DNA of 58,976 bases from an uncultured Acetobacteraceae bacterium (GCA_964242035.1 CAXTCL010000001.1:1-58976), one strand, 5' to 3'. Numbered from the stretch's first letter, positions 40,046-49,108 are shown. Numbers and translations: made by a program. The notes: generated by a model not told the origin, from the letters alone.

Positions 40046-40908
40046 GCGCCCTCCGCCTCGCTTTGTGCCAATACGGCGTCACCGCGCCGCAAGATTTCGA
40101 GACCTACGCCAGCAAGCTCGACACCCTCGTGGCCGAGGGCGCGGCCGGTGGCGCCGACCTCCTCGTCATGCCCGAATACGCGTGCATGGAGACGGCCGCC
40201 TTCTGCCCAGGCACCGGCGACGCCCCTGCCGAGCTTGCCGGCGTGTCCGCGTTGCAGCCGCGCCTGCTCGCTCTCTACGCCGACCTCGCCCGCCGCCATC
40301 GCATCTGGCTTGTTCCAGGCAGCATGCCCGTAGGCATCCCGCCCGGCCCGGTGCACAACCGCGCACCCCTGATCGACCCACAAGGCCGCGCCGTTTATCA
40401 GGACAAGCGGACGATGACCCGCTTCGAATCCGAACGCTGGGGCGTGGCACCAGGCGCGCTGCCACGCGTGTTCGAAACACCCTGGGGCCGCATCGGCATC
40501 GCCATCTGCTACGACGTAGAGTTCCCCACGCTCGTGCGCGCGCAAGTCGAGCAGGGCGCCTGGCTCATCCTGGCGCCGAGCTGCACGGACTCCCTGCACG
40601 GCTTCAACCGCGTGCGCCTCTCCGCCCGCGCGCGCGCGCTCGAGAACCAGTGCTTCGTCGCGGTGGCACCCACCGTAGGCCTCGCACCGGCACTCGCCAC
40701 GCTGGACGAGAACCACGGCTACGCCGCAATCTTCGGCCCCGTCGACCGCGGCTTCCCCGAAGACGGCATCATCGCCCGCGGCACGCTGGACCAGCCGGCC
40801 TGGGTGTTCGCCGACCTTGACCCCGCCCGCCTGGACGCCGTCCGCGAAGACGGCGCCGTACGCAACTTCCGAGACTGGCCAACACCCTTCCAAAGCGAGC
40901 CCGCATGA
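40042..40908 (+). CDS. Carbon-nitrogen hydrolase (nitrilase/amidase superfamily)
   Basis: Catalytic E-K-C triad: MPEY, QDK, ICYDVEFP; ARALENQ; GTGA coupling. Confidence 0.88.
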   Translation: MSALRLALCQYGVTAPQDFETYASKLDTLVAEGAAGGADLLVMPEYACMETAAFCPGTGDAPAELAGVSALQPRLLALYADLARRHRIWLVPGSMPVGIPPGPVHNRAPLIDPQGRAVYQDKRTMTRFESERWGVAPGALPRVFETPWGRIGIAICYDVEFPTLVRAQVEQGAWLILAPSCTDSLHGFNRVRLSARARALENQCFVAVAPTVGLAPALATLDENHGYAAIFGPVDRGFPEDGIIARGTLDQPAWVFADLDPARLDAVREDGAVRNFRDWPTPFQSEPA

Positions 40909-41303
40909 CTCCCGACGCGCTGATCCACGCCTACTACGCCGCCTTCAACGCCGGCGACTTCGCCGCCATGATGGCCCTGCTGACAGACGACGTGATCCAC
41001 GACATCAACCAGGGCGCTCGCGAGCTCGGCCGCCCGGCGTTCACCGCGTTCATGGCCCGCATGAACGGCAGCTACCGCGAGCGCCTGGAAGACATCGTGG
41101 TGATGACGGAATCTTCAGGCACGCGCGCTGCGGCCGAGTTCACGGTGCACGGCACGTATCTTGTGGCTGATGCAGGGCTTCCCGCGGCGCACGGACAAAC
41201 CTACGTGCTGCCCGCTGGCGCTTTTTTCGTCATACGTGACGGGCTGATCGCGCGTGTGACGAATTTCTATAATCTTGAAGATTGGTTGCGGCAGGTCGCT
41301 TAG
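40905..41303 (+). CDS. Ketosteroid-isomerase/SnoaL-like protein
   Basis: YYAAFNAGD, DVIHDINQG, AAAEFTVHGTY, RVTNFYNL; ATGA coupling. Confidence 0.82.
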   Translation: MTPDALIHAYYAAFNAGDFAAMMALLTDDVIHDINQGARELGRPAFTAFMARMNGSYRERLEDIVVMTESSGTRAAAEFTVHGTYLVADAGLPAAHGQTYVLPAGAFFVIRDGLIARVTNFYNLEDWLRQVA

Positions 41304-41304
41304 G

Positions 41305-41445
41305 GCAAGCAAGCAAGGCCTTCTTTTTTGAAAAAAAGAAGCAAAAAACTTTTGGTCCGCTGTCGCGCGCCTGCCGGCTAGGTCGGCGACAGCGGAGTCA
41401 AAAGTTTTTTGCTTCTTTTTTTCAAAAAAGAAGGCCTTGCTTTCT
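41305..41445. repeat. AT-armed palindromic repeat, core type I
   Basis: GCAAGCAAGCAAGGCCTTC..TCCGCTGTCGC..GCGACAGCGGA..GAAGGCCTTGC; near-perfect inverted symmetry. Confidence 0.92.
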
Positions 41446-41448
41446 CCT

Positions 41449-41946
41449 TCACCGACTTTCCTCAGCGCGCTTCTTCAGTTCGGCATTCACCAGATCAAAT
41501 CCAGGCACCAAGCGACGCAGGTCAAACAGCCACAAAGCCACCCCGCGCACCTCTTCGCCCTGCGTAAGTCGCGTGCCGCCCCCCTCGGCCTCCAGGCGAA
41601 GGTAGTGCACAGCGTCGAACACGCGCGGCAGCCAGATGTGCCCGAGCCAGCGCAACTCCTCGCCGGGACGCGCCACCAGAACCACCGGATGAAACACCAT
41701 CTCGTCGGCCCCCTGCCCCTCTTGCACTTCGATGCTCTGCCCAGGCGCGAGCCGGCCCAGCACGCGAAGGTCTGGCTGCCACTCGTCATATTTCGCGGCA
41801 TCGGTCAGTGCCGCCCAAACGCGCGCTGGCGGCGCCGCGATGTCTATCCGCGTCACGATGGCGCGTTGTGGCGCCAGCACCAGTGCCAAACCGATTGCAA
41901 GAACCACACAGGAGCAGCACGCGCCGGCCGCGCGCGTTGCACGCAC
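41449..41946 (-). CDS. SRPBCC/polyketide-cyclase-fold protein
   Basis: IDIAAPPARVWAALTD..YDEW, ELRWLG, GGTRLTQGE; start uncertain. Confidence 0.75.
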   Translation of the reverse strand: MRATRAAGACCSCVVLAIGLALVLAPQRAIVTRIDIAAPPARVWAALTDAAKYDEWQPDLRVLGRLAPGQSIEVQEGQGADEMVFHPVVLVARPGEELRWLGHIWLPRVFDAVHYLRLEAEGGGTRLTQGEEVRGVALWLFDLRRLVPGFDLVNAELKKRAEESR

Positions 41947-41947
41947 C

Positions 41948-42712
41948 CTAGCGTATCACTCCGAAGAAGCGGCTGGACCTGATCGCAGCAGGCATCTTCC
42001 ACACCTGCCAGATCCGCGCACCGGGATCGAACGATGCCAGGCGGAACTCCGCACGGCCGATCAGGTTTTCCGCCGGTATGTAGCCGAGCTGCTCCGGATA
42101 TCGGCTATCGGCCGAGTTGTCGCGGCTGTCGCCCATGCCGAAGTAGTGGCCGGGCGGCACGACATAGATGCCCGTGTTGTCCACCGGCCCGCTATCCTCC
42201 GGCAGGTCGACCGGCTGGCCCAGTATCTCGTGCTCCAGGCCGCCGGGCAACGTCTCCCGATACCGGTAGCGCAGCACCTCGACCGGCAAGCCTGCCGCCT
42301 CGTCCCAGTCGCGCTCCAGATACGTGCCGATCCGTTGCCGCCGCGCCGCCTCCCCATTGATGACCAGCACGCCTTGCACAACCTGTATGGTATCGCCCGG
42401 CAGGCCCACGACACGTTTTATCGTCGTAACACCGTCATGCGGGTTGGCGAACACCACCATGTCGCCGCGGGCCGGCGCCGCGGCAAACAGCCTGCCGTGG
42501 AACAGCGCGGGCGCGAACGGAAAGGAGAACCGGCTGAAGCCATAAGCGAATTTCGAAACCAGGACGGTGTCGCCCGTCAGCAGCGTGGGCGTGGCCGAAC
42601 CACTCGGGATGTTGAAGGCCTGCACGGCGGTGGACCGGAACAGCATCGCCAGGAGAAAGGCTGTGAGCAATGAGCGCAGGCTGTTGCCTGCGGGCGGCCT
42701 GTCTGCCTGCAT
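41948..42712 (-). CDS. lepB: Signal peptidase I paralogue
   Basis: FNIPSGSA.PTLLTGD, IKRVVGLPGD, YFGMGDSRDNSADSR. Confidence 0.88.
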   Translation of the reverse strand: MQADRPPAGNSLRSLLTAFLLAMLFRSTAVQAFNIPSGSATPTLLTGDTVLVSKFAYGFSRFSFPFAPALFHGRLFAAAPARGDMVVFANPHDGVTTIKRVVGLPGDTIQVVQGVLVINGEAARRQRIGTYLERDWDEAAGLPVEVLRYRYRETLPGGLEHEILGQPVDLPEDSGPVDNTGIYVVPPGHYFGMGDSRDNSADSRYPEQLGYIPAENLIGRAEFRLASFDPGARIWQVWKMPAAIRSSRFFGVIR

Positions 42713-42741
42713 TGCTGGCGTCTCCCGGCGTTTGCTGAGCA

Positions 42742-42900
42742 GAAAGAAAGCACTTCTTTTTTGAAAAAAAAGCAAAAAACTTTGCTCCGGCGCCTCCACC
42801 TCGGCACGGCCTGGTCTTGCCAGCCTGCGTGCTGGGACAACCAGGCGCGGCCTCGATGCAGGCGCGGTTCACAAGAGACCGCCTGCTTTTCTTGCCTCCC
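42742..42900. repeat. Degenerate repeat (one arm, type II core, remnant end)
   Basis: GAAAGCACTTCTTTTTTGAAAAAAAAGCAAAAAACTTTG..GCGCC..TGCCAG..TGCAGGCGC..CTGCTTTTCTTGCC. Confidence 0.7.
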
Positions 42901-42946
42901 GCAGCAACCGCGCCCACACCCGGAACCACCACCCAAGGCCCGCCGC

Positions 42947-43360
42947 ATGTCACAAACCCAAACTTACGCCGACACCGCAACCTGGACCGGCTTCCTCATC
43001 ATGGCCTTCGCCGTGGTCGGCCTGGTCGGCGCGTTTTCCACCTACGCCGCCCAGCTCCCGTTCGATCGCGCCTACGCCCGCAGCCAAACGCTGGACCAGG
43101 TTGTCGCCGCCGCCCACATGGCAAACTCCGCGCCGGCGCTGGAGGCACTCCGGCCCCTCCTGGGCGAAAGCGCGGACCGCGTCCTGGCCGGCCCCGGCAC
43201 CATCGAATCCCGCGCGGCCGCCGAGCGCAGCCGCATGCTGGCCGACCTGCATGCCGAAAGCGCAGATTACGGCCTGCGCCTGCGCGTTGTGATCGCCGCC
43301 TTCACCGCGGCCGCTGCCCTGTTCGGGGCAATGGTGCTGAGCATCGTGAGACGGAAATAG
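42947..43360 (+). CDS. Hypothetical membrane protein (2 TM)
   Basis: Two hydrophobic segments; GC3-rich codon usage. Confidence 0.65.
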   Translation: MSQTQTYADTATWTGFLIMAFAVVGLVGAFSTYAAQLPFDRAYARSQTLDQVVAAAHMANSAPALEALRPLLGESADRVLAGPGTIESRAAAERSRMLADLHAESADYGLRLRVVIAAFTAAAALFGAMVLSIVRRK

Positions 43361-43481
43361 GGCGCGTGACGGGTCCCCGGACGCACGGTGGCCGGTCACC
43401 CAAGCTGAAATTCCATCTCTTTTCTCAAAAATCCGACACTTCTTCTTGCCTGAACCACCCGTCGTCGATACGCATAGCGTG

Positions 43482-44861
43482 ATGAACGTGGATGAACCCC
43501 CTGTAATGGACGCGGAACTCGCAGAGGCGATACCGCGCCTCTCCCGGGCCAGCGTTCTCGTTATCGGCGACGCCATGCTGGACCGCTATGTCTATGGCAG
43601 CGTCGCCCGCATCAGCCCCGAAGCGCCAGTCCCCGTGCTGGAAGTCTATCGCGAACTGGCGCTGCCAGGCGGCGCCGGCAACCTGGTGCGCAACCTCACG
43701 GCACTCGGCGCCGCGGTCGCCTTTGTCTCCGTCGTGGGCGACGATCAGTCAGGCTCGGACCTCACCGGGCTCATCGGCGGCCAGCCGAACGTGGAGCCGT
43801 GGCTGCTCGTCCAGGGCGGACGGTGCACCACGGTCAAGACGCGCTTCATCGCCGGCGGCCAGCAATTGCTGCGCACGGACCAGGAGGTCACCGGCGCCGT
43901 CCATCCCAAGCTCGCCGAACGCATGCTGCGCATCGCCGGAGACGCGCTGGCCGCCACCTCCGTCACCGTGCTGTCGGACTACGGCAAGGGGCTGCTCGCC
44001 GGTGACGTGCCGGCCCGTATCATCGAAGCCGCGCGGGCGGCCGGCCGCCCCATAGTGGTCGATCCACGCGGGCCGGATTACGACCGCTACGCCGGCGCCG
44101 ACCTGGCGGTGCCCACGCTGCGCGAGCTGGCCGCCGTGACCGGCATGGACGTCAGCTCGGACAAGCGGATTGCGGCGGCCGCCGGCTGGCTGCGCACCGC
44201 GCACGGCTTCGGTGCCGTCGTCGTCAACCGCGGCGCGGAAGGGCTCTCCCTGGTCTCCGCCGACACCGTGCTGCACGTGCCGCCTGCGATGTCCGAAGTG
44301 TTCGACCTCTCCGGCTCCGGCGACACCGTGGTCTCGGCACTGGCGGCAAGCATCGCGGTCGGCCTGAAGCTGCCGTTGGCCGTGCGCCTGGCGAACCTGG
44401 CAATGGGCGTGGCCGCCGGGCAGCCGGGCATGGCGGTGGCGCAAGGCACCGACCTGATCGCCATGCTGACGCCGCAGGGTCGCGCCCTGCGCAAGATCGT
44501 GGCCCACGAAGTGGCCGTGGAGCAGGTGGACCGCTGGCGCCGCATGGGCCTGCGCACCGCGCTGATCACCACCACACCTGACCGCTTCAACCGCGCCAGG
44601 CTGGACACCGCGCGCGCTGCGTGTGACCGGCTGGTGCTGGGCGTGGAAGCGGCCGCCGACGACGCGGACATGGACCATGCAAAACGCACGCTGGCCGAAG
44701 CGGCGGCGCTGGCGTCGGTGGATTTGATCTGCCTTATCGCCGAAGGCTCGCAGACCGAGACGCTGCGCCAGCTTCGTCCTGACCTGCTGATCGATCCGGC
44801 GCCTGCCGCTATGATGGCCGAGATCGTGCGTGGGTGGGGGGGCGAGGTGCTCGCTGGGTAA
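43482..44861 (+). CDS. hldE: HldE/RfaE-like heptose-7-phosphate kinase with degenerate adenylyltransferase domain
   Basis: GDAMLDRYVYG..RISPEAPVPV, GGAGN, SDYGKG, GSGDTVV; the C-domain retains ARAACDRLVLG but no HxGH. Confidence 0.82.
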   Translation: MNVDEPPVMDAELAEAIPRLSRASVLVIGDAMLDRYVYGSVARISPEAPVPVLEVYRELALPGGAGNLVRNLTALGAAVAFVSVVGDDQSGSDLTGLIGGQPNVEPWLLVQGGRCTTVKTRFIAGGQQLLRTDQEVTGAVHPKLAERMLRIAGDALAATSVTVLSDYGKGLLAGDVPARIIEAARAAGRPIVVDPRGPDYDRYAGADLAVPTLRELAAVTGMDVSSDKRIAAAAGWLRTAHGFGAVVVNRGAEGLSLVSADTVLHVPPAMSEVFDLSGSGDTVVSALAASIAVGLKLPLAVRLANLAMGVAAGQPGMAVAQGTDLIAMLTPQGRALRKIVAHEVAVEQVDRWRRMGLRTALITTTPDRFNRARLDTARAACDRLVLGVEAAADDADMDHAKRTLAEAAALASVDLICLIAEGSQTETLRQLRPDLLIDPAPAAMMAEIVRGWGGEVLAG

Positions 44862-45027
44862 AGCAAGAAAGCAAAGCCTTCTTCTTTAAAAAAAAAGTAA
44901 AAAACTTTCGCTCCCCCGCATTTGAAGCAGCGGGATACATCCGAATAAATCAAAGCCGCTGAAACTGCGTCAGGAGCAAAAGTTTTTTGCTTCTTTTTTG
45001 CAAAAAAGAGGGCCTTGCTTTCTTTCC
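44862..45027. repeat. AT-armed palindromic repeat (divergent core)
   Basis: AGCAAGAAAGCAAAGCCTTCTTCTTTAAAAAAAAG..CAAAAGTTTTTTGCTTCTTTTTTGCAAAAAAGAGGGCCTTGC; directly after the hldE TAA. Confidence 0.85.
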
Positions 45028-45065
45028 TTCGCACGCTCCCCACAAACGCCGCGCTATAACACACC

Positions 45066-46127
45066 ATGGTCGACTACCCCCCCAAGCCACTCCCCCCCGG
45101 CCTGGACCCCCGCGCCGCCGCTGTCCTGCGTGAGATCGTCGAACAATACGTGGGCACCGGCGAGCCCGTCGGCAGCCGCACCCTGGCCCGCCGCCTGCCG
45201 ATCGCCCTCTCGCCCGCCACCATACGCAACGTGATGGCGGACCTGACCGACGCCGGCCTCCTCTTCGCCCCGCATACCAGCGCCGGCCGCCTGCCCACGG
45301 ACCGCGGCCTGCGCCTGTTCGTCGACGGCCTGCTGCAGTTCGGTGACCTGCCTGACGACGAGCGCGAGGCGATCAGCCGCCAGCTGGCCGCCCACGGCCG
45401 CAGCCTGCAGGACACGCTGTCCGACGCGTCCGCCATGCTGTCCGGCCTCAGCCAGGCCGCCGGGATGGTGCTGGCGCCGAAATCGGACGGCGCCATCAAG
45501 CACATCGAGTTCGCCTCGCTCGGCTCCGGCCGGGCGTTGGTGATCCTGGTGGCCGCCGACGGCCAGGTGGAGAACCGGGTCATCCAGATCCCGCCCGGCC
45601 TGCCGCCATCGGCGCTGACGGAAGCCGCCAACTACCTCAACGCGCGCGCCGCCGGCCGCACGCTGTCCGACCTGCGCCGCCGCGTCTCCGACGAAATGGC
45701 GCTGGACCGCGGCCAGCTGGACATACTGGCGGCCGGCGTCGTCGAGGCAGGGCTGGCCACCTGGACGGACGTGGCTTCGCGCGGCGGCAGCCTGATCGTG
45801 CGCGGCCAGGGCCGCCTATTGGCGGACGTGACGCAGATCGAGAACCTGGCCGCCATCCAGGTGCTGTTCGACCGGCTGGAGACTCAGGAGACGATGATGC
45901 GCCTGCTGGAGCTGGCCGAGCAATCCGACGGCGTGCGCATCTTCATCGGCGCGGAGAGCGCCCTGTTCGGCTCCAGCGGCGTGTCGATGATCGTGGCGCC
46001 GGCGCGCAACCAGGCGGACCGGATTGTGGGCGCGATCGGGGTAATCGGGCCTACGCGCATCAACTATGGGCGCATCATTCCGGTGGTGGATTATACGGCC
46101 AGGGTGATCGGGCAGCTGTTGGGATAA
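45066..46127 (+). CDS. hrcA: Heat-inducible transcription repressor
   Basis: GEPVGSRTL, LSPATIRNVMADL, PHTSAGRLPT, GAIGVIGPTRINY. Confidence 0.95.
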   Translation: MVDYPPKPLPPGLDPRAAAVLREIVEQYVGTGEPVGSRTLARRLPIALSPATIRNVMADLTDAGLLFAPHTSAGRLPTDRGLRLFVDGLLQFGDLPDDEREAISRQLAAHGRSLQDTLSDASAMLSGLSQAAGMVLAPKSDGAIKHIEFASLGSGRALVILVAADGQVENRVIQIPPGLPPSALTEAANYLNARAAGRTLSDLRRRVSDEMALDRGQLDILAAGVVEAGLATWTDVASRGGSLIVRGQGRLLADVTQIENLAAIQVLFDRLETQETMMRLLELAEQSDGVRIFIGAESALFGSSGVSMIVAPARNQADRIVGAIGVIGPTRINYGRIIPVVDYTARVIGQLLG

Positions 46128-46258
46128 GGAAGGAAGGCCTTCTTTTTTGAAAAAAAGAAGCAAAAAACTTTTGGTCCTTGTCGGCGCATGCTGAAACGTT
46201 CGCCGACAGGGAGCAAAAGTTTTTTGGCCCTTTTTTCTAAAAAGGACTGCTTGCTTCC
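46128..46258. repeat. AT-armed palindromic repeat, core type I
   Basis: Begins directly after the hrcA TAA: GGAAGGAAGGCCTTC..TGTCGGCG..CGCCGACA..GGACTGCTTGCTTCC. Confidence 0.9.
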
Positions 46259-46300
46259 TTCCTCCTAGGGTAGATGCGCGCGACAGCCAGAGGCACCCCG

Positions 46301-46996
46301 ATGTTCCGCCAGATCTGGCACGCGATCCGCTTCTTCGCCGCCACCCGAGTCCGCACCCGTGACGAACTGGACTCCGCGCTGCGGCATTCACCGCGCTTCA
46401 TCATCGTGGAGGGGACTGAGGCCTTGCGCGCCTATGCCGCCAGCCTGGCCTATCGTGGTGGGCAGGAAGCGGCGGCGCTGGAATCCGCGTCAGCCCAGGC
46501 TGGGCCGGCCTACATCTCAGTGCCCACGGTCGGCCGGATCAGGGATGGCTACCGCCAACGTCCCGGGCCAGTCCGCCACCCCAGTGAACGGCGCCGCAAG
46601 AAGGGCCGCCGCACGGACCGCATCTCGCTGCAGGCTGGTATGGGAACCGTCATAGCGGCATTCACGGCGCTCATCGCCCTGCTCGGCGCAGAGTGGCTGC
46701 TATGGCCGAGCAGCACGCCGGAACTGGTGCGCGGCCCGCACCGTGTTGTGCAGCCCCCCCGGCGTGGCGACGTCGTGGCGTTGCCCACCCATGCGCCGCT
46801 GGCGCCGCCGCTCAGCTTGCACGAGCAGGTCATCCGCGTGCTGGTGCCGCTGCTCGTGCTGGCGGCGGTTTGCGCCATGCTGGTCCTCATCTGGCAGACG
46901 ATAGGGCCAGGGCGGCCCGTTCGTCTCAGCTGGCGGGTCGCCTACCGGGTGCCGGGCCAGCTCGTCATTGCGAGGGTGCGCACGAAAACGGCGTAG
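46301..46996 (+). CDS. Hypothetical membrane protein (2 TM)
   Basis: Open frame with GAGG RBS and two hydrophobic helices; fills the hrcA-grpE gap. Confidence 0.6.
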   Translation: MFRQIWHAIRFFAATRVRTRDELDSALRHSPRFIIVEGTEALRAYAASLAYRGGQEAAALESASAQAGPAYISVPTVGRIRDGYRQRPGPVRHPSERRRKKGRRTDRISLQAGMGTVIAAFTALIALLGAEWLLWPSSTPELVRGPHRVVQPPRRGDVVALPTHAPLAPPLSLHEQVIRVLVPLLVLAAVCAMLVLIWQTIGPGRPVRLSWRVAYRVPGQLVIARVRTKTA

Positions 46997-47025
46997 CGGA
47001 TGACGCCCTGTGACCCGCGCGCGCT

Positions 47026-47054
47026 CTTGTTCCGCCCACCTGGATCGCCTACCT
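47026..47054 (+). promoter_or_regulatory. Putative RpoH-type promoter of grpE
   Basis: CTTG-N18-CCTACCT, 8 nt before the grpE ATG; resembles the alphaproteobacterial heat-shock consensus. Confidence 0.5.
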
Positions 47055-47062
47055 GCGGCAGC

Positions 47063-47632
47063 ATGAGTGACACGTTCGACCAGCCCGAGACCGCCACCGA
47101 CACCACCGGCCCAGAGGCCCTGATGAGCGAGGCCGCGCGGCGGATCGCCGAGCTGGAAGCCGAGCGCGACGAAATGCGCGACAAGTGGATGCGTGCCGAA
47201 GCCGAGACGCAGAATATCAAGGCGCGCAGCCGCCGCGAGGTGGACGAGACACGCCAGTACGCCGTGCAGAAATTCGCCAAGGATGTGGTGGAAGCCGCCG
47301 AGAACCTGCGCCGCGGCATTACCAGCCTGCCTGCCGCGGCACCTGGGGAGCCGGAGATCGTCACCAAGCTACGTGACGGGTTCGAAGGCGTGGAGCGCAG
47401 CTTCGTGGCTCTCCTGGAGCGCAACGCTATCCTGGGCGACGATCCGGTCGGCAAGCCGTTCGACGCGAACCTGCACCAGGCGATGGCCGAGCAGCCGACC
47501 GCCGAGCACCCGCCAGGCACCGTGATGCAATCCTGGAGCCGGGCCTGGACGCTGAACGGCCGCTTGCTGCGGCCCGCCATGGTCGTCGTGGCCAAGGCAG
47601 AGGGCGCGCCGGGGCTCGATACACAGGCCTAG
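47063..47632 (+). CDS. grpE: Nucleotide exchange factor GrpE
   Basis: RAEAETQN, YAVQKFAKD, FDANLHQAM, LNGRLLRPAMVVVAK. Confidence 0.95.
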   Translation: MSDTFDQPETATDTTGPEALMSEAARRIAELEAERDEMRDKWMRAEAETQNIKARSRREVDETRQYAVQKFAKDVVEAAENLRRGITSLPAAAPGEPEIVTKLRDGFEGVERSFVALLERNAILGDDPVGKPFDANLHQAMAEQPTAEHPPGTVMQSWSRAWTLNGRLLRPAMVVVAKAEGAPGLDTQA

Positions 47633-47712
47633 CTTCGCGGCGGGCCGGCAGCGGCGCTCGCGAACGCCCCGGTCCGCGAACAGACAGCGCCCTATCGTTT
47701 GTCGTCTTAAGC

Positions 47713-48249
47713 CTACGCTGGTCGCCCTAGCTCCAGCACGACACATTGCTCGCGCCGGCCACGTGCCGGAGCGAAGATCATCGCCTCCGCGATCGTCACC
47801 ATGCCAAAGCCGCGCAGCAGCGACAGCGAGCGTTCATTGCCAACCTGCGCTTCTGCGGCGAGGACGTCGAAGTCAAGCAGCCGGAATGACGCAGGGATCA
47901 CGGTCGCCAGGGCTTCGCGCATGTAGCCCCGGCCCTGATGTTGCTCGCCAAGCCAGTAGCTCAGCAGCCCGCGACGTCGGTCCGTGCGCATCACGCTGAG
48001 CCATCCCAGGAAGCTCCCGTCGGCCAGGCGTTCGATGGCGAGCGGAAGCGCGCAACCGTCTGCAAGGCTGGCCGCTATGCGTTCTGCCGCCATCTCGGGC
48101 GTAAAGGGGACTGGCCAGGAGATGACCCAGCGGCTCACGGCGGGGGTCATCAGGGCGGACATCACGGCAGCATCGTCTGGCCGGACGCGACGCAGCTGTA
48201 AACGTGGGGTCGTCAGCGGTGGAAGCGAGCTGAGATCAAGTATAGGCAA
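47713..48249 (-). CDS. GNAT/RimJ-RimL family N-acetyltransferase
   Basis: LTTPRLQLRR, YWLGEQHQGRGYMREA, NERSLSLLRGFG; start uncertain (TTG inside the repeat end). Confidence 0.8.
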   Translation of the reverse strand: MPILDLSSLPPLTTPRLQLRRVRPDDAAVMSALMTPAVSRWVISWPVPFTPEMAAERIAASLADGCALPLAIERLADGSFLGWLSVMRTDRRRGLLSYWLGEQHQGRGYMREALATVIPASFRLLDFDVLAAEAQVGNERSLSLLRGFGMVTIAEAMIFAPARGRREQCVVLELGRPA

Positions 48250-48389
48250 GGCCTTCTTTTTTATAAAAAGAAGCAACAAACTTTTGCTCCGCTGTCGCGG
48301 GATCGTTCCGTCAGCACGCTGTCGCTGATCCGCTTGAGCGATACTCTTCCGCGACTTACGCTGATGGAGCAAAACGACCGCTTACTTCC
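48246..48389. repeat. Repeat with one intact arm and a deleted right arm
   Basis: GCAAGGCCTTCTTTTTTATAAAAAGAAGCAACAAACTTTTGCTCCGCTGTCGCG..GGAGCAAAA..CTTACTTCC. Confidence 0.75.
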
Positions 48390-48391
48390 TT

Positions 48392-49108
48392 CTACTGCAG
48401 CCCACGGTTAGGCGCGTCGAAAGACAGCCCGCCCACACGCAGATCCAGCGGCCGGTCCGGCGCTTCAGCTACCTCAAGAGCCGCCTCGTGTCGCGCCCTG
48501 TAGGTCCGTCGCAGATCGGCGGGTGCCGGGTCCAGCACCGGCATCGGCGCGTGTGTCACATTGGCCTGCATCACGCCGCGGTCCGCCCGCGGATAGATGA
48601 AGCCATGCGTCGGGTAGATGCTGCCGAAGGCGCCGCCGTGGCCGAGCTGCACGCGCACCGCGCTCCAGTCGTTGTCCTCCGACACGTCCTTGACCTCGAT
48701 GTCGCGGGCGATCCCGTTGCTGTTCCAGTGGCTCTGGTCGATGACGATGGTGCGGCTGTCTTCCACACCGGTCACCACCGCCACGTGACCCAGCGGCATG
48801 CGGCCGTTCGGGCGGAAGCTCAGCACGCTGCCGTTCTCAGGCCGGGCGCCGCGCTCATAGACACCCGCGGCGTTCGTCCACCAGTCCCTGGCATTGCCGG
48901 AGATCTCGATCCCCGCATCCGCCTTGGCGAAGGCTACGCACTGGATCACGCGCACACTCGGCACGGTGTCATAGGCAACGGAGAGGCTATGATGGGCATG
49001 ACGTGTATGATGCCTGCCGCCGCGGGCCGCCGCCTGGCTGAAGCTGGCCACAACGGCAGTGGCAACCAGAACGCTTAAAACCGCGTTCTTCTTCTCGCCA
49101 GCGAACAT
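48392..49108 (-). CDS. Secreted CHAP-domain protein (putative peptidoglycan hydrolase)
   Basis: Signal peptide, IQCVAFAK, GNARDWW, MPLGHVAVV; GGAGG RBS. Confidence 0.85.
   Translation of the reverse strand: MFAGEKKNAVLSVLVATAVVASFSQAAARGGRHHTRHAHHSLSVAYDTVPSVRVIQCVAFAKADAGIEISGNARDWWTNAAGVYERGARPENGSVLSFRPNGRMPLGHVAVVTGVEDSRTIVIDQSHWNSNGIARDIEVKDVSEDNDWSAVRVQLGHGGAFGSIYPTHGFIYPRADRGVMQANVTHAPMPVLDPAPADLRRTYRARHEAALEVAEAPDRPLDLRVGGLSFDAPNRGLQ

Noticed and set aside
45027-47063. CIRCE operator near hrcA/grpE
   Set aside because: No TTAGCACTC-N9-GAGTGCTAA was seen.
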